In this document: piece after piece, positions 1 through 8,591 of the stretch
Numbering within the stretch: position 1 is the stretch's first letter
How the letters are laid out: the number at the start of each line of letters is the position of its first letter
NCBI GenBank assembly: GCA_942492335.1
Contig: CALOEN010000021.1
Coordinates: forward strand, 135,155 to 199,154
Direction: 5' to 3'
DNA from: an uncultured beta proteobacterium
GTDB lineage: Bacteria; Pseudomonadota; Gammaproteobacteria; Burkholderiales; SG8-41
DNA: 64,000 nucleotides
Program-made: the position numbers and the translations under genes
Notes under the pieces: model-generated
Databases searched by the model: none
Told to the model about the DNA's origin: nothing
What the model saw: the letters and a program-made list of their open reading frames with translations, nothing else

Positions 1-1555
1 GTTTCTCGACGTGCATGCCAACATGGCCGTAGGCCTCTGCCAGCTTGACGAAATCGGGCAGCGCATCCATATATGATTCGGCGTAGCGATTGCCGTGAAA
101 AAACTGCTGCCACTGCCGCACCATGCCCATGTACCTGTTGTTCAGATTGACGATCTTGATCGGCAGGCGGTACTGCTTGCAGGTGGACAGTTCCTGGATG
201 CACATCTGTATGCTCGCCTCGCCGGTCACGCACGCCACCGTCGATTTGGGATGCGCAAGCTGCACGCCCATCGCATAGGGCAGTCCCACTCCCATCGTGC
301 CCAGCCCGCCTGAATTGATCCAGCGCCGCGGCTTGTCGAACTTATAGAACTGCGCGGCCCACATCTGGTGCTGCCCGACGTCGGAAGTGATAAATGCCTC
401 GCCCTTGGTAATCTCGTAGAGCTTCTCGATTACGAATTGGGGCTTGATGAGCTTGCTCGACCGGTCGTACTTGAGACAATCGCGGCCGCGCCACGTTTTG
501 ATCTGCGCCCACCAGGCTTTTAGCACCGCCGGGTCCGGCTTGTCTTTGGCTGCCTGAAACTGGCGGATCATCTCCTGCAGCACGTCGCGCACATTGCCAA
601 CGACCGGGATATCAACTCTCACGCGCTTGGAAATCGATGAAGGGTCGATGTCGACATGAATGATCTTTCGAGATTGTTCGAAAAAATGCTCGGGGTTCCC
701 GATTACCCGGTCATCGAACCGCGCACCAATGGCAATCAGCACGTCGCAATGCTGCATCGCCATGTTGGCTTCATAAGTGCCGTGCATGCCCAGCATACCG
801 ACGAACTGGGCATCGGTCGCAGGATAGCCGCCCAGGCCCATCAGCGTATTGGTGCACGGGAAGCCCAGAAGCTTCACCAGTTTGGTGAGTTCCGCAGATG
901 CATCGCCCAGGATCACCCCGCCGCCGGCGTAGATCATCGGGCGCTGTGCCGAAAGCAACACCTGCATGGCTTTCTTGATCTGCCCTGCGTGTCCTTTGAC
1001 GACCGGATTGTAGGAGCGCATCACCACCTTGTCGGGATAGATGAACTCCGTCTTCTCGGCCGTGATGTCTTTTGGAATGTCCACCACCACAGGCCCCGGA
1101 CGCCCGGTGGCGGCGATATAAAAAGCCTTCTTGATCGTGGATGCAATGTCCCCGACATCCTTGACCAGAAAGTTGTGTTTCACGCACGGGCGCGTAATGC
1201 CGACGGTATCGCACTCCTGGAACGCGTCCTGGCCGATCGCATGCGTCGGTACCTGGCCGGAGATGATCACCACCGGCACCGAATCCATATAGGCGGTTGC
1301 AATACCGGTCACTGCATTGGTCAGGCCCGGCCCCGAGGTCACCAGCGCGACGCCAACCTTGTCCGTCGAGCGCGCATAACCGTCCGCGGCATGCACCGCA
1401 CCCTGTTCGTGACGAACCAGGATGTGCTTGACCTTGCTCTGCTTGAACAACTCGTCGTATATGAACAGGACCGCGCCGCCCGGGTAGCCGAACACGTGCT
1501 CGACCCCCTCCTCCTGTAAGCACCGGATCACAATCTCAGCGCCAGTCAATTGCAT
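1..1555 (-). CDS. ilvI: Acetolactate synthase (acetohydroxyacid synthase) large subunit, 3' end cut by window edge
   Basis: Reverse strand from ATG (1555..1553) reads [30 protein letters not shown]...[29 protein letters not shown]. It is still open at position 1 (...[19 protein letters not shown]), a typical TPP-enzyme ALS sequence. Missing from the ORF track because no stop lies inside the window. Confidence 0.9.
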   Translation of the reverse strand, partial: MQLTGAEIVIRCLQEEGVEHVFGYPGGAVLFIYDELFKQSKVKHILVRHEQGAVHAADGYARSTDKVGVALVTSGPGLTNAVTGIATAYMDSVPVVIISGQVPTHAIGQDAFQECDTVGITRPCVKHNFLVKDVGDIASTIKKAFYIAATGRPGPVVVDIPKDITAEKTEFIYPDKVVMRSYNPVVKGHAGQIKKAMQVLLSAQRPMIYAGGGVILGDASAELTKLVKLLGFPCTNTLMGLGGYPATDAQFVGMLGMHGTYEANMAMQHCDVLIAIGARFDDRVIGNPEHFFEQSRKIIHVDIDPSSISKRVRVDIPVVGNVRDVLQEMIRQFQAAKDKPDPAVLKAWWAQIKTWRGRDCLKYDRSSKLIKPQFVIEKLYEITKGEAFITSDVGQHQMWAAQFYKFDKPRRWINSGGLGTMGVGLPYAMGVQLAHPKSTVACVTGEASIQMCIQELSTCKQYRLPIKIVNLNNRYMGMVRQWQQFFHGNRYAESYMDALPDFVKLAEAYGHVGMHVEK

Positions 1556-1587
1556 AGCCCTACTCGATTCAAAAACGGGAACACGAA

Positions 1588-1616
1588 ACATTACCGTTTG
1601 GCAGCACTTTGGTCAA
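1588..1616 (-). promoter_or_regulatory. Candidate sigma70 promoter for ilvI (TTGACC-N17-TAATGT)
   Basis: Minus-sense reads TTGACC aaagtgctgccaaacgg TAATGT, about 30 nt upstream of the ilvI ATG. Sequence match only. Confidence 0.35.
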
Positions 1617-1875
1617 GCAAAATATCCCTGTAAACAGTATGATAGGCATAGCGTTGGCCCTGCGGCACGGCCTTGCTTGCGCCCTGCCGACGATTTGTTA
1701 AGATGCGTTCGAACGCGCCCGTCACGCTTGCTGAACAGCAGGGGCTCGAACCCGAGCGGATACGCAGTGCATTGCGCAAGCCTCAAAAAAAACAGACAAG
1801 GCACCACCACTGGCTACCCACAAGGAACTCTCCGATTTCCTCGCCGCAGTTGAACGCCGCGCCTTCAAGCAGGCG

Positions 1876-2379
1876 GTGTTTGCCATCCGTGACGAACATC
1901 AGGCGCTGGATATCGTCCAGGATTCCATGTTGAAACTTGCGGACAAGTATTCGGGCCGACCGGCGCAGGAACTGCCGCTGCTGTTCCAGCGCATCATGCA
2001 GAATACGATTCGCGATTTTTTCCGCCGCCAGAAGGTGCGCTCCACGTGGACGCCGCCGATGTCATCGCTGTTCGGTGGCGGCGACGGTGACGAAGATCAT
2101 GATCCGCTGGAAACTTTGGAGATCGAAACCGACTCTAAATTTGGCGAGTCTCCTGCTGCACAGATGGAACGCTCACAACTGCTTGAATTTATTGAGAAAG
2201 CGCTGGTAAATCTGCCGGGGCGTCAACGCCAGGCCTTCCTGTTGCGTTACTGGGAGGAAATGGACGTCGCGGAAGCGGCAGCGGTTATGGGTTGCTCGGA
2301 GGGGAGCGTGAAAACGCACTGCTCGCGCGCGACCCATGCACTTGCTGCGATTCTGAAGAAACAGGGAATCAAGCTATGA
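1876..2379 (+). CDS. ECF (sigma-70 family, RpoE-like) RNA polymerase sigma factor; true start probably upstream (see finding)
   Basis: DIVQDSMLKLADKY... (region 2) and RQRQAFLLRYWEEMDVAEAAAVMGCSEGSVKTHCSRATHAL (region 4 HTH). The first listed start is GTG 1876, but in-frame codons from 1810 also look coding. Confidence 0.85.
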   Translation: MFAIRDEHQALDIVQDSMLKLADKYSGRPAQELPLLFQRIMQNTIRDFFRRQKVRSTWTPPMSSLFGGGDGDEDHDPLETLEIETDSKFGESPAAQMERSQLLEFIEKALVNLPGRQRQAFLLRYWEEMDVAEAAAVMGCSEGSVKTHCSRATHALAAILKKQGIKL

Positions 2380-2762
2380 ATCCACAAGAAGAGCGTGAAC
2401 TGGCCGGGAAAATCGTCCAGCACCTGAACTACGGGGCGGATCAGATTGGCGCGGCAACTCGCGAGCATTTGCTCGCGGCGCGCAAGAAAGCATTGTCGCA
2501 TTACAAGGACAAGCCCGAATCGGTGTGGGGTCTGGCGTGGGCCGGGCACAGCGTGCGTGTCGGTGGCCATCGTTTCGAGACGCGCCATCTGATCGCGGTT
2601 GCGGCACTGATTGCAGCGCTGATCGCCGTAGCTTTTTGGCAAAACCGGGTGCCATCGAACGATATTGCAGAGATAGACCTGGGATTGCTCACTGACGACC
2701 TGCCGATCAATGCCTACCTCGACCGGGGTTTCGATTCGTGGCTAAAACGCTCTTCTCGTTGA
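2376..2762 (+). CDS. DUF3619-type membrane protein (sigma-factor-associated, possible anti-sigma partner)
   Basis: ATG 2376 overlaps the sigma stop (ATGA). MNPQEERELAGKIVQHLNYGADQIGAATREHLLAARKKAL plus one hydrophobic helix (LIAVAALIAALIAVAF). Family assignment is from memory of this conserved sigma/DUF3619/DUF3106 trio. Confidence 0.65.
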   Translation: MNPQEERELAGKIVQHLNYGADQIGAATREHLLAARKKALSHYKDKPESVWGLAWAGHSVRVGGHRFETRHLIAVAALIAALIAVAFWQNRVPSNDIAEIDLGLLTDDLPINAYLDRGFDSWLKRSSR

Positions 2763-3214
2763 TCGTTGTGCTGTGCCTAGCCTTCCCCGTTGCCGCCGCG
2801 CAAAGCAAAACTGAATCCAGGAAACCTGCGAAGCCTGCGTGGACGGAACTTACCGCTGCTCAGCGGCAGGTGCTTGCGCCGATTGCCGGCGAGTGGGAGA
2901 CGCTGGACACCACGCGTCGCAAAAAATGGGTTGCGATCGCCAAGAAATACCCGAAAATGACGCCAAGCCAGCAACAGCGCCTGCAAACGCGGATGAAAGC
3001 GTGGGCCGCGCTGACCCCGGAACAACGCCGCGCGGCGCGGGAAAAATATCGGACCGTCAAGAAACTACCGCCGGACAAACGCAAGGAAGTCAAACTCAAA
3101 TGGCAGCAGTACCAGAAATCGCTCGCGACCCAGGACGAAACCCTGGGTAGGGATCTGGCAGCCCCGGAACCCGCAGCCGAGACAACCGCCCCCCCCGCCA
3201 CAAACGCAAACTAG
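2738..3214 (+). CDS. DUF3106 domain protein, signal peptide
   Basis: Signal-like N-terminus MAKTLFSLIVVLCLAFPVAAA. Repeated W..L...QR / KW motifs (WTELTAAQRQVL, RRKKWVAIAKKY, LTPEQRRAAREKY) typical of DUF3106. Confidence 0.65.
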   Translation: MAKTLFSLIVVLCLAFPVAAAQSKTESRKPAKPAWTELTAAQRQVLAPIAGEWETLDTTRRKKWVAIAKKYPKMTPSQQQRLQTRMKAWAALTPEQRRAAREKYRTVKKLPPDKRKEVKLKWQQYQKSLATQDETLGRDLAAPEPAAETTAPPATNAN

Positions 3215-3242
3215 TCGTATCGGGCTTTTACAGATCCTTGCA

Positions 3243-3683
3243 GTGATAACCGATAACACGGCAGCAAACCGCGCACAGCCGGCAAGTCTCTCCAGACGTT
3301 TCTTAAGTATCGTCTACGAAGCCTTGCTGCTCGCAGCAATCCTGTTCGCCGGTACGCTTCCCGTCCTGCTCTTGATGCAACACGCCGGAGCGGGACTCAC
3401 CCGTCCCCTTCTGCAACTCTATCTTCCACTGTTATGCGGCGCTTATTTTGTATGGCAATGGCTGAATGGCGGCCAGACGCTGCCGATGAAAGCGTGGCGC
3501 CTCAGACTCGTCACGCGTGATGGCGCGCCCCTGACCATGCGCCACGCCATTTACCGCTTCATATTAGCACTGCTCAGCCTGGCGCTATTCGGTACGGGTT
3601 TTTTGTGGGCCTTCATCGACCGCGACCGGCAGTTCCTGCACGACCGTCTGGCAGGAACGAGAATAATCAGGGATGAACGATAA
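3243..3683 (+). CDS. RDD family membrane protein
   Basis: 146 aa with three hydrophobic helices. Has R..RLV..DG and FIDRDRQFLHDRLAGTRI, as in RDD-domain proteins. Confidence 0.6.
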   Translation: MITDNTAANRAQPASLSRRFLSIVYEALLLAAILFAGTLPVLLLMQHAGAGLTRPLLQLYLPLLCGAYFVWQWLNGGQTLPMKAWRLRLVTRDGAPLTMRHAIYRFILALLSLALFGTGFLWAFIDRDRQFLHDRLAGTRIIRDER

Positions 3684-3757
3684 CTGGTGCGACGCCAACG
3701 GGACATTTCATCCCTCATCCCCCATCAAGTGAAACGTATCCTTTAGTGCCCTCATCC

Positions 3758-4831
3758 TTATCTTCTTTCCTGCCACCACATCATGCCTACCGCCATTGCG
3801 AAAAAAATTAGCGTTGGCAGCACGGCACTCAGCACCGGCAGCCAATCGTTGAGCAGCCCGAGATAGGCGAACAGGCGGTTGAGAAAATAAAACGCGAGCC
3901 CCAGCATGATGCCGGAAAAGATCTTGGCACCGACGCCGCCCTGGCGTTTCTGATAGACGGCAAAGGGCAGCGCCAGCACCATCATCACCAGCACGGCGAG
4001 CGGGTACATGATCTTGGTCCATAGCGCGATTTCGTATCGCAGGGCTTTTTGGTGATTATCCCGAAGGTGCTGGGCATATGAATACAGCGCCCAGGCTGAC
4101 ATCTGCTCCGGCTTTACCAGCAGCGTATTGAGCAGTTCGGGATCCAGAACCGACCGCCATCTCACCTCCGCTATAGTGCTGACATTGGTCTTCCTGTCCT
4201 CGAAAGTCGTCCGCACCACATCCTTAAGCAACCATTGACGTCCGCCCTGATATTCGCCCCGCTTGGCAAAACTGATCGAACGCAGCTGGGTTGCATCATC
4301 AAAATCGTAAACCCTGACGCCCTTGAGCGAGGTGTCCGGCAACACCTCCAGGACATTGATGAAGCTTTTCCCGTCCTTGACCCATAACCCGGAGCGAAAC
4401 TCCTTCGCCACAACGCCGGTGGTCGCCAGTGACCGTAGGCGCTGTGCAAGTTGCTCCGCAGGAGGCGCGACAAACTCGCCAAACACAAAAGCCATCACCG
4501 CAAACACCAGGCCCAGGCTCCCCAGCATGACTGACATGCGTATCAGCGACACGCCGCTGGTACGCATCACGGTGTATTCCGAACTCGAAACAAGCTGCGC
4601 CAGCGAAAACAGAGTGCCTATCAGCACCGCGATGGGAAAAATCTCATAAACACGATGCGGCGCCGAAAGCAGCACAAATATCAGCATGTGGGGCAGCCGG
4701 TAGTTTCCCTGTCCCAGGCTCCCAATCTCTTTGATGAGATCGAAAAACGCGAACAGCATCAACAGCGCCATGAACACCAGCGCGGTGGCGCCTGCAATTT
4801 CTCTGACGAGGTAGCGCCGCAGTGTCCTCAT
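3758..4831 (-). CDS. lptG: LPS export ABC transporter permease LptG
   Basis: Start taken at MRTLRRYLVREIAGATALVF (ATG 4831, 4-nt ATGA overlap with the lptF stop). YjgP/YjgQ permease architecture. Synteny lptF-lptG divergent from pepA as in E. coli. The 450-aa track ORF has a spurious 5' extension. Confidence 0.85.
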   Translation of the reverse strand: MRTLRRYLVREIAGATALVFMALLMLFAFFDLIKEIGSLGQGNYRLPHMLIFVLLSAPHRVYEIFPIAVLIGTLFSLAQLVSSSEYTVMRTSGVSLIRMSVMLGSLGLVFAVMAFVFGEFVAPPAEQLAQRLRSLATTGVVAKEFRSGLWVKDGKSFINVLEVLPDTSLKGVRVYDFDDATQLRSISFAKRGEYQGGRQWLLKDVVRTTFEDRKTNVSTIAEVRWRSVLDPELLNTLLVKPEQMSAWALYSYAQHLRDNHQKALRYEIALWTKIMYPLAVLVMMVLALPFAVYQKRQGGVGAKIFSGIMLGLAFYFLNRLFAYLGLLNDWLPVLSAVLPTLIFFAMAVGMMWWQERR

Positions 4832-5907
4832 TTGATCAGGCGAAACACTGAAAACACCATGAGGCGGCGGTAATACATCAGCAGCAGCAGCACCAGCATG
4901 CCTAAATGAACCACCCATAGCCCGACAGCAAGACTGACCTTCGATTGTGCGATCGATACCTGCACGACGGACAGCAGATTGCTGTAAATCATGTAAATCA
5001 GCAGCGCCAGCACGAGATTCATTGAGCGCCCGGCACGGGGATTGACGAAAGACAGTGGAATGGCAAGCAGGGACAGAATCAGCGCGGAAACGGGCAGTCC
5101 GATGCGCCACGACAGTTCGGCAAGGTTGGGCGGCGTGGGTTGGCGCAGCAGTCCGATGGTAGTCATGGTTTTGGTGCCCGGGGTGCGCCCCGCCGCCTCG
5201 TGAGCCTCGATGCGCATCGCATAGCGCTCGAACTCGAAAATCCTGTATTCAGCAGTGCCGGGTTCGCCCTCGTAGCGCCGGCCATTGCGCAAAACGAGGA
5301 AACGGTCGCCGTTGGGCATCGTTTCCTGGAATCCGCGACGCGCAACCATCACGCCCATCTTCTGGTTCTGGACTGAACTGACAAAGACGTTGGCCACCAG
5401 GTTCTCAGCGCCCATGACCTCTTCGACAAAATAGACCCGTTCCGACTGGTGTGATTCGCGGAAAATTCCGGGAGATACCGCCGAAACATCATCACGGCTT
5501 TCCATCATGCGACGGAATTCTTCCGCCTTTTGCACCGCCCAGGGCGAAAGCACGAAGGACAGCAGGGTGATGGTAAACACCAGTGGTGCCGCAAACATCA
5601 GTACCGGCCGGATCCAACTGGTCAGACTCATACCGCACGAGAACCACACCACCATTTCCGAGTCGCGATAACTGCGGGTCAGGGTCATCAGCACGGCGAT
5701 GAACAAGGTCAGCGACAGCAGCACCGGCAGATAGCTCACCAGCATCAGGCCGATCAGCGCCAAAACACCGGTTGACGTAATCGCACCGGATGCCGCCTCG
5801 CCGAGCAGTCGAACCAACTGTGTCGTCAGCGCAATGCCCAGCAACACCAAAAATGTGCCGACCGCCGAAGTGGCGAGTTCGCGCAACATGGATTTTCGAA
5901 AGATCAT
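4828..5907 (-). CDS. lptF: LPS export ABC transporter permease LptF
   Basis: MIFRKSMLRELATSAVGTFLVLLGIALTTQLVRLLGEAA..., YjgP/YjgQ family. Divergent from pepA. Confidence 0.85.
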   Translation of the reverse strand: MIFRKSMLRELATSAVGTFLVLLGIALTTQLVRLLGEAASGAITSTGVLALIGLMLVSYLPVLLSLTLFIAVLMTLTRSYRDSEMVVWFSCGMSLTSWIRPVLMFAAPLVFTITLLSFVLSPWAVQKAEEFRRMMESRDDVSAVSPGIFRESHQSERVYFVEEVMGAENLVANVFVSSVQNQKMGVMVARRGFQETMPNGDRFLVLRNGRRYEGEPGTAEYRIFEFERYAMRIEAHEAAGRTPGTKTMTTIGLLRQPTPPNLAELSWRIGLPVSALILSLLAIPLSFVNPRAGRSMNLVLALLIYMIYSNLLSVVQVSIAQSKVSLAVGLWVVHLGMLVLLLLMYYRRLMVFSVFRLIK

Positions 5908-5984
5908 TCAGGCGCTTTACTTTTGGCGAACAATGCACCGATAATCAGGGCGATATCAAACCTATTTTAGTGCGGGAGCAGATT

Positions 5985-7478
5985 GTGGAATTTAGCATAA
6001 AAAGCGGCTTGCCGGAGAGCCGAAAAATCGACTGCACCATAGTGGGAATTTTCGATTCGCGCAAACTCAGCGCCACAGCAGCAACGCTTGATCGCTCTGC
6101 CAAAGGGTATATCACCCGCATCGTCAAGCGCGGCGATATGAACGGCAAGCTGGGCGCCACGCTCGTTTTGCACAATGTCCCGCATCTTTCGTGCGAACGC
6201 GTGCTGCTGGTCGGACTCGGGCCAGAGGCGGATTTTCACGACAAGCAGTATCGCGATGCCGTCGCGGCGGCGATAAAAACATTGGTCGCGACTGGCGCAA
6301 AGGAAGCATCGCTCCATCTCACCGAACTGGGCGCGGTCAAGCGCGATATCCGCTGGCGGGTCAGTCATGCGGTCACGGTAGCGCGTGATGTGATCTACCG
6401 CTTTGACCGGATGAAAAGCAAACCCGAGGCGGCACCACCGGCATTGCACCGGCTGGTGATCGGCGTGGGTGAAAAATCTGCCCAGCGGCAGGCCGCAGCA
6501 GGACTGGAGCAGGGATTGGCCGTGGCTCACGGCATGAGTCTCGCCAAGGACCTGGGCAATCTGCCGGGGAACGTATGCACTCCGGCCTACCTCGCAGAGC
6601 AGGCGCGCGAGCTTGCAAAACGCTATCGCATGAAGGTGCAGGTGCTCGAGCGCAAGGACATGGAAAAGCTCGGCATGGGCACGCTGCTGTCGGTCGCACA
6701 GGGCAGCGCCCAGCCTCCGAAGCTGATTACGCTCGAGTACCGTGGCGCGGGAAAATCGCAGAAACCCGTAGTATTGGTAGGCAAGGGGGTCACCTTCGAT
6801 ACCGGCGGCATCTCGATCAAACCCTCCCCCGAAATGGACGAGATGAAGTTCGACATGTGCGGCGCAGCGAGCGTGCTGGGCACACTCAAGGCGGTCGCCG
6901 AAATGAAACTGCCGGTAAATGTGGTCGGCATCATCCCGACAACCGAGAACATGCCCGGAGGCCGCGCCACCAAACCGGGCGACATTGTCACCAGCATGTC
7001 GGGACAGACCATAGAGATACTCAATACCGATGCAGAAGGGCGGCTCATCCTGTGCGACGCGCTGACCTACGCGGAGCGCTTCGAGCCTGATGCGGTGGTG
7101 GATATCGCAACCCTTACCGGTGCCTGCGTGATTGCGCTTGGCCATGTCGCGAGCGGGTTGTTCTCGAATGACGAGGCGGTCGCCAAAGAATTGATCGCCG
7201 CGGGCGACACCGCCGGCGACCGCGTCTGGCACATGCCGTTATGGGACGATTATCAGGAGCAGCTCAAAAGCAATTTTGCCGATTTCGCCAACATCGGCGG
7301 ACGCGCCGCGGGCAGCATTACCGCGGCATGTTTCCTGGCCCGCTTTGCCAGAAAATTCAAATGGGCGCATCTCGACATCGCCGGCACCGCATGGAAATCA
7401 GGCAAGGAAAAAGGCTCGACCGGGCGGCCGGTGCCGTTGCTTACGCAGTTCCTGATCAATCGCACAAAGAAAGCGTGA
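5985..7478 (+). CDS. pepA: Leucyl aminopeptidase (M17)
   Basis: GTG 5985 gives MEFSIKSGLPESRKIDCTIVGIF (E. coli PepA starts MEFSVKSGSPEKQR). M17 motifs VGKGVTFDTGGISIKP and NTDAEGRLILCDAL. Confidence 0.92.
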   Translation: MEFSIKSGLPESRKIDCTIVGIFDSRKLSATAATLDRSAKGYITRIVKRGDMNGKLGATLVLHNVPHLSCERVLLVGLGPEADFHDKQYRDAVAAAIKTLVATGAKEASLHLTELGAVKRDIRWRVSHAVTVARDVIYRFDRMKSKPEAAPPALHRLVIGVGEKSAQRQAAAGLEQGLAVAHGMSLAKDLGNLPGNVCTPAYLAEQARELAKRYRMKVQVLERKDMEKLGMGTLLSVAQGSAQPPKLITLEYRGAGKSQKPVVLVGKGVTFDTGGISIKPSPEMDEMKFDMCGAASVLGTLKAVAEMKLPVNVVGIIPTTENMPGGRATKPGDIVTSMSGQTIEILNTDAEGRLILCDALTYAERFEPDAVVDIATLTGACVIALGHVASGLFSNDEAVAKELIAAGDTAGDRVWHMPLWDDYQEQLKSNFADFANIGGRAAGSITAACFLARFARKFKWAHLDIAGTAWKSGKEKGSTGRPVPLLTQFLINRTKKA

Positions 7479-7570
7479 ACAGCAAGCGGTGAGCGGTAAC
7501 AAGCCAGAAAAACATCGTGTTTCCGATTGGGGTTTTCCGCTAACCGCTTACGATTTACCGCTTACCGGAT

Positions 7571-7999
7571 ATGACACAGATTGATTTTTACACCGGTGTC
7601 GAAGACAAGATGCACACCGCCTGCAGGCTCGCCGCCAAGGCGTTCAGCCTCGATCTGCGCGTGATGGTTTTCTGTTCCGAAGCGCAAACTGCTCAACGCT
7701 TTGACCGTATGCTCTGGACGACGCCGGCAACCGGCTTTATTCCCCACTGTTTTAGCGGCGATACGCTGGCTGCGGTAACGCCGATTGTTGTCGACCACGA
7801 CGGAGGCGATCCGCCTCACGACCAGGTATTACTGAATCTGCGCCCGGAATGGCCGTCATTTTTCAGCCGCTTTCAGAGGCTCATCGAAATCGTGACCTTG
7901 AATGACGAGGACAAGGCGAACGCGCGCGCGCGCTACAAATTCTACCGCGACCGCGGGTATGAAATTCGCACCCACGACCTGTCGCAGGCAGGCCAATAG
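7571..7999 (+). CDS. holC: DNA polymerase III chi subunit
   Basis: [25 protein letters not shown]...[16 protein letters not shown]. pepA-holC-valS synteny. Confidence 0.85.
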   Translation: MTQIDFYTGVEDKMHTACRLAAKAFSLDLRVMVFCSEAQTAQRFDRMLWTTPATGFIPHCFSGDTLAAVTPIVVDHDGGDPPHDQVLLNLRPEWPSFFSRFQRLIEIVTLNDEDKANARARYKFYRDRGYEIRTHDLSQAGQ

Positions 8000-8012
8000 G
8001 CAGGGCACAGTG

Positions 8013-8591
8013 ATGGCATCCCCACCCAACCAGGAAGAGGACGACGAAGGCCTGCTCAAACGGGCGGATGCGTTGCTGGCGCGCCACCGCCGGCAGGCGG
8101 GATTGGGGGGCGATGATACGGTCGTGCCCACGCTCACCGATGCGGTTAACGACGACGAGACGGCCGCGGTAGTGCCTTTATTGACCGATGTTATGGATCC
8201 CGTTGCACCCGTGACGCCAGCCGAACCCGGGCCGGATCTCACTACCAGCTCTGAAATCATCTCGCGCGTGCAGTCGCAGAATCTTGAGCACAAAGTCTAC
8301 CTGAAGCTGAAAAAGGGACTCGATGACCAAATCGCCGGCGTGATGCAGGAGAAATTCATGCCGGAGATCGGCGCCGCGCTGGACCAGGCGCTGCAGAAAA
8401 TCACCCTGGACCTCAGGACCAATATCAGCGCCATGGTGCGCACGTCCATTGAAGATACGCTGCAGGCCCAGCTCAAAAACCTGCAACTTACCCTCGACCC
8501 GGGCACGGGAACGCGGTCAGCCGATCCCGTAAGCCCCTCAGGGTCGGGTATAATGCCGGACTTTTCTGCTACCCTTTCCCCCGCTACAGAG
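8013..8591 (+). CDS. Hypothetical coding region, in frame with valS and lacking its own stop codon
   Basis: ATG 8013 ([25 protein letters not shown]...). Strong G/C third-position bias through [64 protein letters not shown]. It reads straight into the valS Met at 8592. Confidence 0.5.

Noticed and set aside
656-1523. Track ORFs 656..1519 (+) and 771..1523 (-) as genes.
   Set aside because: Both lie inside ilvI in wrong frames. The true frame runs off the window and so was not listed.
1741-1775. tRNA-like T-arm sequence (GGGGCTCGAACCCGAGCGG; reverse complement ...GGGTTCGAGCCCC).
   Set aside because: I could not build acceptor, D or anticodon stems around it on either strand, and there is no CCA or discriminator context. 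Probably coincidental, or at most a tiny tRNA fragment.
5967-7232. 421-aa ORF antisense to pepA. Similar long antisense or shadow ORFs: 9207..10361 in valS, 20928..22172 and 21806..22954 in lipT/slpl(AB), 23367..24251 in lipS1, 25680..26672 in shdrB2, 39261..40514 and 40714..42084 in the sox genes, 48038..49228 and 49404..50633 in the ATPase, 58602..59534 and 59732..60667 in the formyltransferase and frc.
   Set aside because: They are Arg/Gly/His/Asp-rich translations with no recognisable motifs. Each lies opposite a gene with an unambiguous family signature, which is typical of stop-codon-poor antisense frames in GC-rich DNA.
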